From Dimargaris cristalligena (Eukaryota): a stretch of 64,000 bases of DNA. The notes beneath the pieces were generated by a model. It searched no databases. It saw only the letters and a list, made by a program, of their open reading frames with translations, and was not told the origin of the DNA. Below are positions 13,201 to 23,625 of this stretch, one piece after another. Location of the stretch: NCBI GenBank assembly GCA_003614675.1, contig ML002208.1, positions 1 to 64,000 of the forward strand, written 5' to 3'. The stretch's first letter is position 1, and every line of letters begins with the position of its first letter. The position numbers and the translations under genes were made by a program.

Positions 13201-16200
13201 CTTACTAATTTGGGAAGGGGAGGCCTGGTGGTCAATTACGTAACTAATGGGAACCGACATTACCTTCAAATAACTCTACGCCCTACACCATAAGTAATAG
13301 ATACAGGTCTATACTGCACGGTGAGGCATGCTGTTAACATTGGCATTGACATGCCCAGATAAATGTAGGGGCGGGGGTGAGCGATGCTAAATCGATGGTC
13401 TGTCAGGCATTATTTATTTTGGCAACATTGCAATAGAGGGGCTTGAGTAACGACCGATACCCAAGCTGAGCCACTAGCGAAAAATAAAATTAAAAAGAGT
13501 GGGTGGGAATGAAAACAGCGCTATAGAAGTCGCAATGAATTTAGCAGCATGCCCATTGATTGATTGCCTGCCAAGCGTACTAACCCGAACCCTCGATTGC
13601 GGGTCACGGGTCAGTGAAGTATTACCTACAATATTTCTCAGCCCAAACCCTGTCTCTGTTTCACATTGAAAAGCCCTTCTGGGTCACCCGATTCCCAAGG
13701 ATTTTGCCGCAATGTACAGCGGAAGCGAGAGAATCTCCGGGCTCTTCGCTGGCGTGATTAACTCGAATTACCTCATTAAAATTGAGCCGGTGTTTCCGGA
13801 TATGCGCAGGTGTATAGAAAACCGGCCTAGACAATACGGAGGGTCATTTGACACCCCTAATTTAACCATCTAAACCTCGCTGGTCTCCGATGCGGGATCG
13901 GAGCTAGGCCGGCAAACCAAATGGCTTGACTACACTTAGTCGATATCTCACTGGCATAATGGCCTTCTTGGGGCTAAGGAGAGGCAATGATGCCAACCGA
14001 TTAAGCGCATCTGTATCTCCCGTTTCCCATCAGATTAGCCATACCACCTGTCAAGGACGGAAATGTTGCCAAAAGCGGTCTTGATCAGGCAGCCGACCTG
14101 GACTATATTTACGTCTGCCCCGCTGGATAAGCAGTGACCCGGCCAGCGTAACTCAACCAGGGGGGTTAATGCCTGTGACCCCTTCCACCTATTATGGTTT
14201 GCCATGCCCGTTGCAGCCGAAAAAAAATATAGTAGATGCTGCCATAGAAACACCCCTTCCTCGCTTTTACACTGGCTAAACGGGACATCCCTTTAAAGCC
14301 AACTGGGCGGACAAACAAACTTGGACTGGCGGGATTTCCTCCTCTAATCAACTAGGGATCCATAATCCTTTGGCGTACCCGCCAATCCCTTCACCTTCAG
14401 GACCGAACCCACGGACCAGTGCTGATACCTTGGCATTCCCCAAGCAGGGCGGTGTAACCTGGCTCCCCTTTATAAGGTCCTCTCCACTCGGCCAAAATGG
14501 CGAACAGGTACCCGCACCCGCACCACACCCAATCAGGCCCATCGTCAGCCATGCCGGGAGCCCCTTGCACCTACCTGTTTAGGGGTTTGGTGCACCCATC
14601 ACACGGTAAGGTGGCACGCGAGCCCAACCGTGTCTTTAGGTTATTCCTGCCTCGCCTCTTTCGTTAAATCGATGTACATACAGGTGGATGCTCTTCGGCC
14701 CACTCCATCCAACAAGGCCATATGTCCCTCCCCCAGCACCTCTTACTATTCCAATGCGTAGGCCCCTATGTTATGTGTTCTTGGGCCAGCACAGCCCCCA
14801 TCTCCCCTACGGACCACTAACAGAAGTTACATAGAGGTTGGGAAAGGTTCCCTGACACAGCCCCATGGCTGTGTAGCCATCATTAATGTATTTAAGAGCC
14901 CTACCTATCAACACTCGCCCCAATTTTATCTCACACACTCACCTTTTCTCACTCACTTGGCTTGCAGGCTATCGGCCCTACTGTACGCCAGAATGACCTG
15001 ACCCCTTGAGGGCATAGTGCAGCAATTCTACAAGGCTATTGTTTCCCACATAACTGGGCGGTTAGCCATCTTTCGTTGACGGCAGACCTCGCCGGGAGTA
15101 CGAATTAATAAGACCAAGTCCGCTGACATCGGGTAATGCCCAAACCCATAACTACAGACAGCCGACCCCCCTGGTTGTCCTACGGTAATATATATTTCAT
15201 CCTTAGTTTTAGGTATGTTCCAACCCCCTTGGGACCCCCGCGACATTAGTCCGGTGATGGTATCCTATTAATACCATACCAATTTGGCCTTTTACAGAAA
15301 CTCCGACCAAGCGATTTGCTGGGAGATAGGTGCGTAATTAAGAATCTGGAGCAGTGGGGTTGGGAAAGGGGGCGCTGTCATTTGACGATCTTGTAGCGAT
15401 GCCCGCAGCTTTAAATCACCCGTGAGATCATGAAAAACATCGACCCTTTTCAACTGATGGAATCCGCCTGAAACGCTGGGTAGGCCTAAGCCTCGACACA
15501 TCCAATGATACTTTGGCTTTTGGGCCGGAATTAGTATTATCGTTTTAAAATCGGCCGGGCTTACATAATGGGTAATTTCTCCAACGACTTTGCCACCATA
15601 CACACATATTCCCTATACCAAAAAAGTGTGGTCTACAGTGGAATTGTACACCTGGGTAAATTCCTACTAGCACAACTAGCCTGGTTAGCCAAGGTGTCTA
15701 TACTATTATCTCAGCGTAAATCAAACGAGTCTAACCACAACTCAGTATTCAACAGTACAATTGCTGGGTCAATTGAACAATTACGCGGTTTATTTTAAAA
15801 CAAAGCCGCCAGTCCACCTGGACGTACAAAAAGTATGAGACAATTAATCAGAAAGTCGACCGAAAAAAGAAATACATAAAGCAGTTCCAGTAGAAAGGCA
15901 TCAGGCTATACTAAACTTGAAAAATGGGAAATGTTGGTTCCTTAACTATGCGCGAGACAGGTAGATGGCCCCCTCTTAACAGAAGAGGCCTCCTGAACGT
16001 GCTACTCTATAGGAACTGGAAATCCAACGCCGGCTGGTCCGCTCCTAACGATAAAAGATGGAAGAACGAGACACCGACAAGTATAGAACCTCCCAGTGCC
16101 CCATCCTGCCACCTCCCACCGAAAAGCCCAACGCGAACCTGATTCAGAACGAGCCAGATCCATTGGGTATATTGGGCACAAGGGAAACCGGAGCCAGGCA

Positions 16201-17334
16201 CAATCGTTGGCCATTGCTCTCCCACATCGGTAACGTTCCTGGTTCATGGAGGAAAAGGCAACCGTAATGGTGCGATCCAGGCACTGACTTCGTATGTGGA
16301 GAATAGTATTGAAAAGTAATCGAGAGGCACGCCATATCATCATTCCCCACTCACCCGCATCCAGATAAGCCTAACTACCCCTGCCCCGGCCTGAGGTTAA
16401 TAAAGCACCGCAACGCGAACATCGGTAGACACATGGATTGGGCACCAGGAGACCAGAGCGGGACGGAATCGACTTACCAAGTTAGGCGGCGGAGGGGAGG
16501 GGAGTACTATGAAAGTGCAACCGGTACGGTTTCAAAGCTAAAGAATATGGAGTAAAAGAGGAGGATCCCCTACGTCCAGCTACTTATAGCGCGTGTTTTT
16601 TTTCCAGTTCTTGAACTCTCCTAGCCGTCTCATCCAAACCGTTCCAAAGAAAAATATATTAGTAGGAGGAGAGTTGTACGTTTTTTTTCCTAGTTTGCAG
16701 CCAATGGGGTGAGTAGCTCAGAAGAGCCTATCCACCACGGGGTCACGTGATTTCGATATCATATCAGGAAGTTTACAACACCCCCCCTCTCCCCTACTCT
16801 GCCCAAGCTAAGAAAGCTACCCCGAGTGAGGTAATAATCCCCCAGAGGATTCAGCCCAAACAGCCTGTTATCCATGATTATATGGATGAGTGGCATCCAT
16901 AGCAGGTCCCTAACCAAGGAATAGGCCTTCAGTACTCGACTATGCATCGGATCAAAGAAAGGAAAGAGTTTAACGATCACTAAATTACCGGACTGGGTCG
17001 GATAAAATAAACGGCTATAGATTGGGGGGGGGGGTTATGAATTTATAGACATTTTAATTTGTAGGAGTGTCAGTGCGACCTTAGCCAAGGCAGCAAAAGG
17101 AGGAACTAACGGTCGAGATATCGAAAAGTTGGAAATCCAAAACAGGGGATTCAGCAGCAGCGGGGGGTTGATAATGTCGATAAAGGTAGACTGTCCTGTC
17201 CTCCCCCCTTTCACGCCACAGTCTGGGCATCAGGGTGTCAAATAGAGTAGTGTCGAGTCGAAAAGAACCAACCACAGGATAGATAAATCAGACAAGCGCA
17301 TTATATTCGCACTAATTAGAATGGCTAGATCCAT

Positions 17335-18870
17335 TTACAATTCATCGTGCACCTTGGCCTCTTCGTCAGCCACGTGGGCTTCTTCGATCACTTCCTCCTT
17401 GGTGGCTTCCTCGACTTCCTTCTTGGCCTTGGGTTCTTCCTGGGCGGGCTCGATATGAGTACTGAGGAATTCCTCGAACGACTCCAGCGACCGGTCGCCC
17501 TTGTATTCCACGACATCATTGCTGTTCCGCTTGACCAGTTTAATGGTGGGGAAACCCTGGATCTGGAAATCGGCGGGGCGGACCGGGACGTCGTTGTCCT
17601 GGCCGTCAATCTTGGCAATGACAATCGAGTCGTGCTCGGCGTACTTCTCACCCAGTTCTTCCCAGATGGGGGCCAGCTTCTTGCAGTGGCCGCACCAGGG
17701 GGCGTAGAATTCGATCAGGACGTCCTTGGTGGGGTCCATAACGATCTTCTCGAATTCGTCAGCCACCACAACCTTAACGGGACCGTTGTTGTCTTCGGGA
17801 ATCGGACCGGACTTGATGAAGGGCTTCACTTCACCGGCGACGAACTTGGAGAAGAAGTCGTCGGCCTCGGCGGCCGTGACGTTCTTGCTCTGATCCATGG
17901 GGTACTTGAGGCCATTGGTCTCCTGGATACCCACACAAGGCCATTGCTCCTTCAGATTCAGGTGCTCGGCCTGGCGGGCGTATGTGTTAGCGTCGGTCAG
18001 GACAAAGTTGACCTTGCCGCGGAACTTGCGGGCGATGGGCACGAACACGTCGGTCATTTCCTTCTTCATCTCGTCGTCAATGTAGAAGACGAAGGCCAGG
18101 GGGAGCTTGGTGCTCATGTAGGCCTGATAGTTCTCCTGGCCAATGTCATCCAGCAGAGGCAGGGAGTTGACCTCGATAAACTTCTTCAGTTCGGCGGAGT
18201 CAGCCAGTTGAGCGGCGTCCTTGAGAATGAAGGGCTCGGGGGTATCGCGGTTGAAGATGGCGACGGCGGGGGCCACCAGGGACTGGGCCTTGGCCAGGGC
18301 AGAATCCAGCACGGAGCCGAAGGTGAGGGTGTTGCGCAGGCTCTGGGCCACGCCCTTGAAGGCGGCGTACAACTCGGACTCGGCATCGTCAAAGATACCA
18401 ATGATGACGGACTTTTCGCTGTCCTTGAACTTGGCGAAGGTATCTTCCAAAAGTTCAGTCACGGCGGGGCGCTTCTGGCGCTTCATGTAGGCGGTGATAT
18501 CGTCGGCGGTACGGCCACCGTTGTAGGGGCTGGGCTCCAGCTTGGAGAAAACTTTGAGAGTGGGGAAGCCCTCGACGCCAAAGCGGGCGCACAGGTCCTT
18601 CTCATCGTCACAGTTGACCTTGGCCAGGGGCACGTTTTCGGCCTTGAGTTCGGTGGCGGAGGTCTCGTAGTGGGGGGCCAGCTGCTTACAGTAGCCGCAC
18701 CAGGGGGCGTAGAATTCAATGAGGGAAATGTCCCAATCAGACACAGTGGAGTCGAAGTTCTTTTCGGTCAATACCACAACGTCAGAGGCAGTGTCGGCCA
18801 GGGCACGCTGGCTAAGCAGACTGGTGGCCAGGACTCCGAGGAGGGCGAAACGGGCGGTGCTGAGCTTCAT
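17335..18870 (-). CDS. PDI1: Protein disulfide isomerase (a-b-b'-a'), ER-resident
   Basis: Two thioredoxin sites EFYAPWCGYCK and EFYAPWCGHCK, GFPT cis-Pro loops, acidic tail and C-terminal HDEL. The true start is probably ATG 18870 (MKLSTARFALLGVLA signal peptide) rather than the GTG at 18996. Confidence 0.97.
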   Translation of the reverse strand: MKLSTARFALLGVLATSLLSQRALADTASDVVVLTEKNFDSTVSDWDISLIEFYAPWCGYCKQLAPHYETSATELKAENVPLAKVNCDDEKDLCARFGVEGFPTLKVFSKLEPSPYNGGRTADDITAYMKRQKRPAVTELLEDTFAKFKDSEKSVIIGIFDDAESELYAAFKGVAQSLRNTLTFGSVLDSALAKAQSLVAPAVAIFNRDTPEPFILKDAAQLADSAELKKFIEVNSLPLLDDIGQENYQAYMSTKLPLAFVFYIDDEMKKEMTDVFVPIARKFRGKVNFVLTDANTYARQAEHLNLKEQWPCVGIQETNGLKYPMDQSKNVTAAEADDFFSKFVAGEVKPFIKSGPIPEDNNGPVKVVVADEFEKIVMDPTKDVLIEFYAPWCGHCKKLAPIWEELGEKYAEHDSIVIAKIDGQDNDVPVRPADFQIQGFPTIKLVKRNSNDVVEYKGDRSLESFEEFLSTHIEPAQEEPKAKKEVEEATKEEVIEEAHVADEEAKVHDEL

Positions 18871-18997
18871 GATGCGGAGTTTAGAAAAGGAGGAGTTGGG
18901 ATGAGATGGGATGAGGAAGGATGAAACAAGAGGGACGAAGGCAGAGACGAGGGATGAGGGGAGGTAGGAAAGGAGGGGAGAGGGAGGGAAAGGCACT

Positions 18998-19004
18998 CAG
19001 CGTG
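18998..19004. promoter_or_regulatory. Possible UPRE-like element (CAGCGTG) upstream of PDI
   Basis: Exact match to the core of the yeast Hac1-bound UPRE, about 130 nt upstream of the PDI ATG. A 7-mer can occur by chance. Confidence 0.3.
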
Positions 19005-19711
19005 GGGAAGGCTAACTGAGAGTGGGGGGCATACAGTACAACAAGGAGAAAGAACAAGAAGAAGCGATGGCCACAGTAGGGGGAATGAATAGAAATAGGA
19101 ATAGGGAGGAGTGGCAGCGAATCATCGCATATTTAAACCCAATGGGGGTAGCGTGAAGTGTATGCGCATATATTTGATCCGAACCGCCAACTAGCCCTTA
19201 CAGGGTTATCGAGCCGACCAGACTCGGCGGTCAGCAAGAGAGCCCGCAGGTCGACCACGTCGAGGTCTCTGGTTGGTGACGACCGTCTAATCCAAACCTG
19301 GCCCAATGATTGCCCTGAAGGGGGGGGGTCTCTAGGTCCCCGTGATATATATTGCAATACCCCTTCGTCATGACCAGCGTGGAATTTGGAATGTGTACAG
19401 TAGGAAAAGCCTTGTCCTTGTATTCGCTTAGTCAATGTCCCAAGCATTACATAAGCCGTCCTAAAAATACCCCACATTTCCCACCCAATAGGTTGGCCAT
19501 ATTGTTCTCCGGCGTCGATCCATTGGGGGAAAAACAGGCTGCCATCAAACCCAAGAATACTACTTACTCCTCCACGCTAAATAAACCCTGCGCTATAAAT
19601 AGCCTACTCTACTGGTCTAGTGGTTTATTGTCCACGGTCCTTTATTAAACTACCGAGATTGGGGCCCATTCATTCGGTCGGGGAAGGCCGCCCACGTTCT
19701 TCACCCCTCAT

Positions 19712-21327
19712 TTACGGACTTCCCAGTTCCCGCTCTAATATCAGGTCAATGGCCTGGTCAACATCCTCCACGACGTGTCGGGCTTGGAGCTGGGGGTCGT
19801 GGGCCACCTGGTGGGGGTGCTGGTAGATTCCCGTGCGCACTAGGATACTGTGCCACCCCTGCCCGTTGGCCCCCCTTACGTCCGACTCGGGGTTGTCGCC
19901 AATGGCATAATAGGTCATCGGTGGCGCGTACGCCGGCAGGCCATGCTCTCGCGTGAGGTGCTGTCCCCAGCCGCGCAGAACATCTAGTGCATAGGTGTAG
20001 GTAGCCGCATGGGGCTTGCCGAAGAGCTGGTACTCCAGATCGTGGCCCGAGAGTTGTTTGTATAGGGCCTGGAGGGCCAGTCGGAAACAGCCCTGGGCGA
20101 ACCGCGGCGTCGGAAACTCGTTGCTCCACACAATGTCCGGGTTGGAAAAGTACACTGGAGTCGATTGGGGGCCCTGTCTGCCATGGACCTGTCCCAGTGT
20201 TCGGCTCGGCGACTGCAGAATATCCGTGATGATTTGCAGATCACGGCCCCAATCGCGGCTATCATAAAGCATCATAATGGCATCGATCGGCTCGCGACTG
20301 TAGTCGCATTGCTACACGAATGAAAATAAACATTGAACAGTAGTAGACGTATGTTGCATCTCATGAGGCTTTTGTTTGGCCGGCTTGGGATGATCGACCC
20401 AATAATCCTTTTGCACCACTCAATGGTATCCAAAAAGAGAAACAACGGAGCCAAGCCTCGATCATCGCCCCCTACCCTATACCCATTAAATAGGTGAGGA
20501 TTGGCGACCCCCACCAGTTCGGGCATTGATCAATATCATCCGACTTACCGGTTCCGCGTACGGCTTCGCATCAGTAAAGGGCCATACAGAAGGGTTCCAA
20601 GCGATAATATCTTCGGGAATGGAGACTTTCGTGAACCCATAGTGGGCGGCCACATCAGCGCACCTCCGACCTGCTCCACCGACCACCAGGATGTGGTGGT
20701 CCTGGTGTTTCTGGAGCAAACTCTTCATGGGGCTATGCGAAAGTACCACTTGGTTGGGAGAAATGTTGACGCCGAGTTCGGCCGAGATTTCGTGGGCCTT
20801 CTCGGCCTCCGTTACCCCACCCCCGTTCGTCAAGAGAATATACGGAAGTTTCTTGCCCCAGCGATTGGCCCCGTTCATTTTTTTCATGGCGACAATGGCC
20901 GAGGGGATCGCACGCTTGCCCTAATGGACATTGGTGGAAATATATACAGTTTACCCCAACGGGTGATACTCCCATTACTATCCTAATTAGGTATATACCG
21001 CTGGGTTGGCGATAGTGGCGGCCTTTACCACGCATCTCGGAACAATGCCAGGGGGTGCAGGATATAAGGAACCTGCTAATTCATTGCCGATTCTACATGA
21101 CTAAATTCACAAGCCCCAGACTATTAATTAATAACAGGTTCAAAGTCAAGGGTGGGTTGGTGACTGATTGAATACTATACCTTCGTTAGAACCCCGTCAA
21201 TGTCAAAGGCGACGGCACAGCCCAAGTGCCAGGATTCCCCGGGACTGGCATGGTGGTATCGAACTCCTCGAAATGGCAAGTCCTTGGTGGCTGTTCGCAG
21301 CGATCGCAGGCCTAGACGGACGCTCAT
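19712..21327 (-). CDS. HAD-superfamily subfamily IIA hydrolase, CECR5/HDHD5-like, probably mitochondrial; 3 exons
   Basis: Exons 21327-21181, 20920-20549, 20311-19712 splice in frame. Motifs AFDIDGVL, LLTNGGG, SHSP, DSRDWGRDLQI, SNPD, FGKP, IGDNPESDVRGAN and SILVRTG. The Arg-rich N-terminus resembles a mitochondrial presequence. Confidence 0.93.
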
Positions 21328-22011
21328 TGTCAATGTCAGTGGGTTGAAATGTAGCAGTCGGCTACGGGGGAGTGAGGAAAGGAAATGGCGTGACAAGCTG
21401 CATTGCCGTCAGAGGTTTTGTATACTGAGATCGAGGCACCCCTCCCAAAGTGATTCGTGGTTTCGAATGGGGCCAGCCTTAAGCTATCCCATGGGGCATA
21501 GTCCACAGGACTACTAGTACCTCGCATTCCCCAAACTGAGGACTCCCTTGGAACCAACTACCCTTATGATATCTTATTGTACACTCTAGTATTAAGGCAT
21601 ACGTTCCATCACTGTCTTTATAAACACTCAAGGGAAGAACATATCATACATGAACCTATTGGCCGGTGGGTTCGCTAACAGCATGCTCTTTCATTTCCGT
21701 CACCACTCGGACCCGTTCACAAAAGTGCTTTTATAATTGCATGTATTGGCAGTTGATGATATTGCAAAGGTTGTGTAAAAAGACAATGCCACGCGCTTGG
21801 CATTTGCTAAATATTCAGCTAAATATGGATGTTGTCCAGCACAATATAGGCCAGTCCAACTGGGAATAGCTACTACTCCAAAGCAAGGTAGAGGCATCCT
21901 AAATCAAATACCGTAGAAGTGGCGCACTGACCAGCGGCCATCGTGCCTGATATAAATAATGAGCTCATTAGTAAACGCGAAATTCGGTATACCCGCGGGT
22001 CCGGTCGGCAT

Positions 22012-22722
22012 TTAGCCCTGGAAGAAGACCTTGTTCTCCTTGGCCAGCTTTTTGGCCTGGGTGTTCTTGAAATTCAGGGCCTGGTCGGACGCACTGGCTT
22101 TTTTAATGGCCTTTTTAGCTGAAAAGATCTGGCCCCCTCCCCCACGGCGGAATAGACCCCGGCGGAACCGCGCGGGGGTGGTCGAGCGACGGGCCAGAGT
22201 AGCGTACGGGCCGTTGGGTCCCACCGCCGCCGACCAGGTCCGACGGTACAGGGGGAGCACCATGAACGGACCCGTCGATTGGCCCTGGGGATAGCTCGGT
22301 CTACCTCCGTAGCTTGGGGCTCCATAGCTTGGACCCCCGTACCGGCTCGATTGAACCACCGGACGGCCTCGGGGAGGGGAGTACTGGTAGTTGTCGAACC
22401 CGTCATAGGAACCCCCTTGGTTGTGCTTGGCGTAGCCATCCTGGCGACTCCCTTGGCTTCGGGTTTCGTACTCGCCGGAGGGTGCCTGGTTCTCGAGCGG
22501 GGCGGTAGGGGTCGCAAGCGGATTAGTATCCGAGAAAACCGGTGCTTCGGGGGTACTATCGGCGAGGTCGTCGACCACCACCGGGGCCAAGGTATCAGCC
22601 AAGGAGGGTTCAGCAGGCTCCGCCACCGCGGGATCGAGGATTGGTCCAGCCACGCCGGGGGACATTTGGGCGGCCCAAGTGGCCGAGGCCAAGATCATAA
22701 GGGTAACGAGGATGATCTACAT
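22012..22722 (-). CDS. Secreted-type orphan protein (acidic/Pro N-half, Gly-Tyr repeats, basic C-terminus); likely start ATG 22722 is followed by an in-frame TAG
   Basis: 228-aa ORF from ATG 22698 with coding-like codon usage. Eight codons upstream, ATG TAG ATC ATC CTC GTT ACC CTT extends the hydrophobic core into a full signal peptide. Confidence 0.65.
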
Positions 22723-23625
22723 ACTGCCGCTATAGCGTTAAGGGGGGAAGGGGGTTGGTTATTGGGATAGGTAGAGGAAATATATGTGCGGGTGGTGAAG
22801 CGAAAAGAAGGTTCACTTCTTGGAAGCAAGTCTCGATTGGGCGATGGATGTTCAACTGGGTGGGCCAGGCCAAGCACTTATATGCCTCGTCGCCATATGG
22901 ACCTAACAATGGCCGCCTTTTCCGTAACGGAGACTCACAGCAATGTTAGAGACCACTCGCCTCAGCGGAATAGATCTCTGGTCCCTATCCATGTACAGTT
23001 TATCGCAATGAGTGATAAACAAGCGGGCATAGCCTGCTCACAATTCGATCCCAATGGCCTGTCAATTATTTAACCCAACCTTTATAAGGAGAGACTGGTC
23101 TTTTATCTCAGTTTGGAAACGAATTGTCTACCAAAGGCCGCTTACAAGAGCAATGGCCAGCGAGGGCTTCAAAGCGGACTTTGATCATTGTCTCACGTAA
23201 AACAACCAGATCTGTATCAGTATGTGTTAAAAAAGGCCAGAAAGGCGGGCGGGGGTTGATAAACGAAGAGGTGCACATACCCTGACAGGGGCTATCCCAA
23301 CCCTTACCAGAATTCAAATGCCAGGAAAGATAAATGAGGGATTACATTAGCAGTGTCTCCAGAAGCAATATCCCCACCAATCCAGTCAGAAAACCAGGTA
23401 AGGCGGCTCTAGGTTGACCATAGAGCAATACTGACCTACGGCCCATGTGCGTAAAAGGTGAATAATGACGGACGAGATACCCGCTATCAAATGCGATGCT
23501 TAAACTACGAATAAGAGGTCAAAAAGGAAGGGCTCGGCAGATTTCTGTTGTTATTTTTTTTTTAAAAAAAAATCAAAAATAAAAGTAGCGTTGTGAAGAA
23601 TACGGCTGATAACAGCGGGGGCCAC

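Noticed and set aside
16706-16766. tRNA-like stretch (TAGCTCAG-AAGAGC...GGTC...TTCGAT)
   Set aside because: D-arm and T-arm-like fragments exist, but there is no GG in the D-loop, no anticodon arm and no acceptor stem. At best a remnant; tRNAscan-SE would settle it.
17347-18924. 525-aa antisense ORF over PDI (and similar antisense ORFs over the CBM18, kinase, Pumilio and kinesin genes)
   Set aside because: Expected shadow of strong C/G third-position codon bias on the sense strand; no recognisable motifs.
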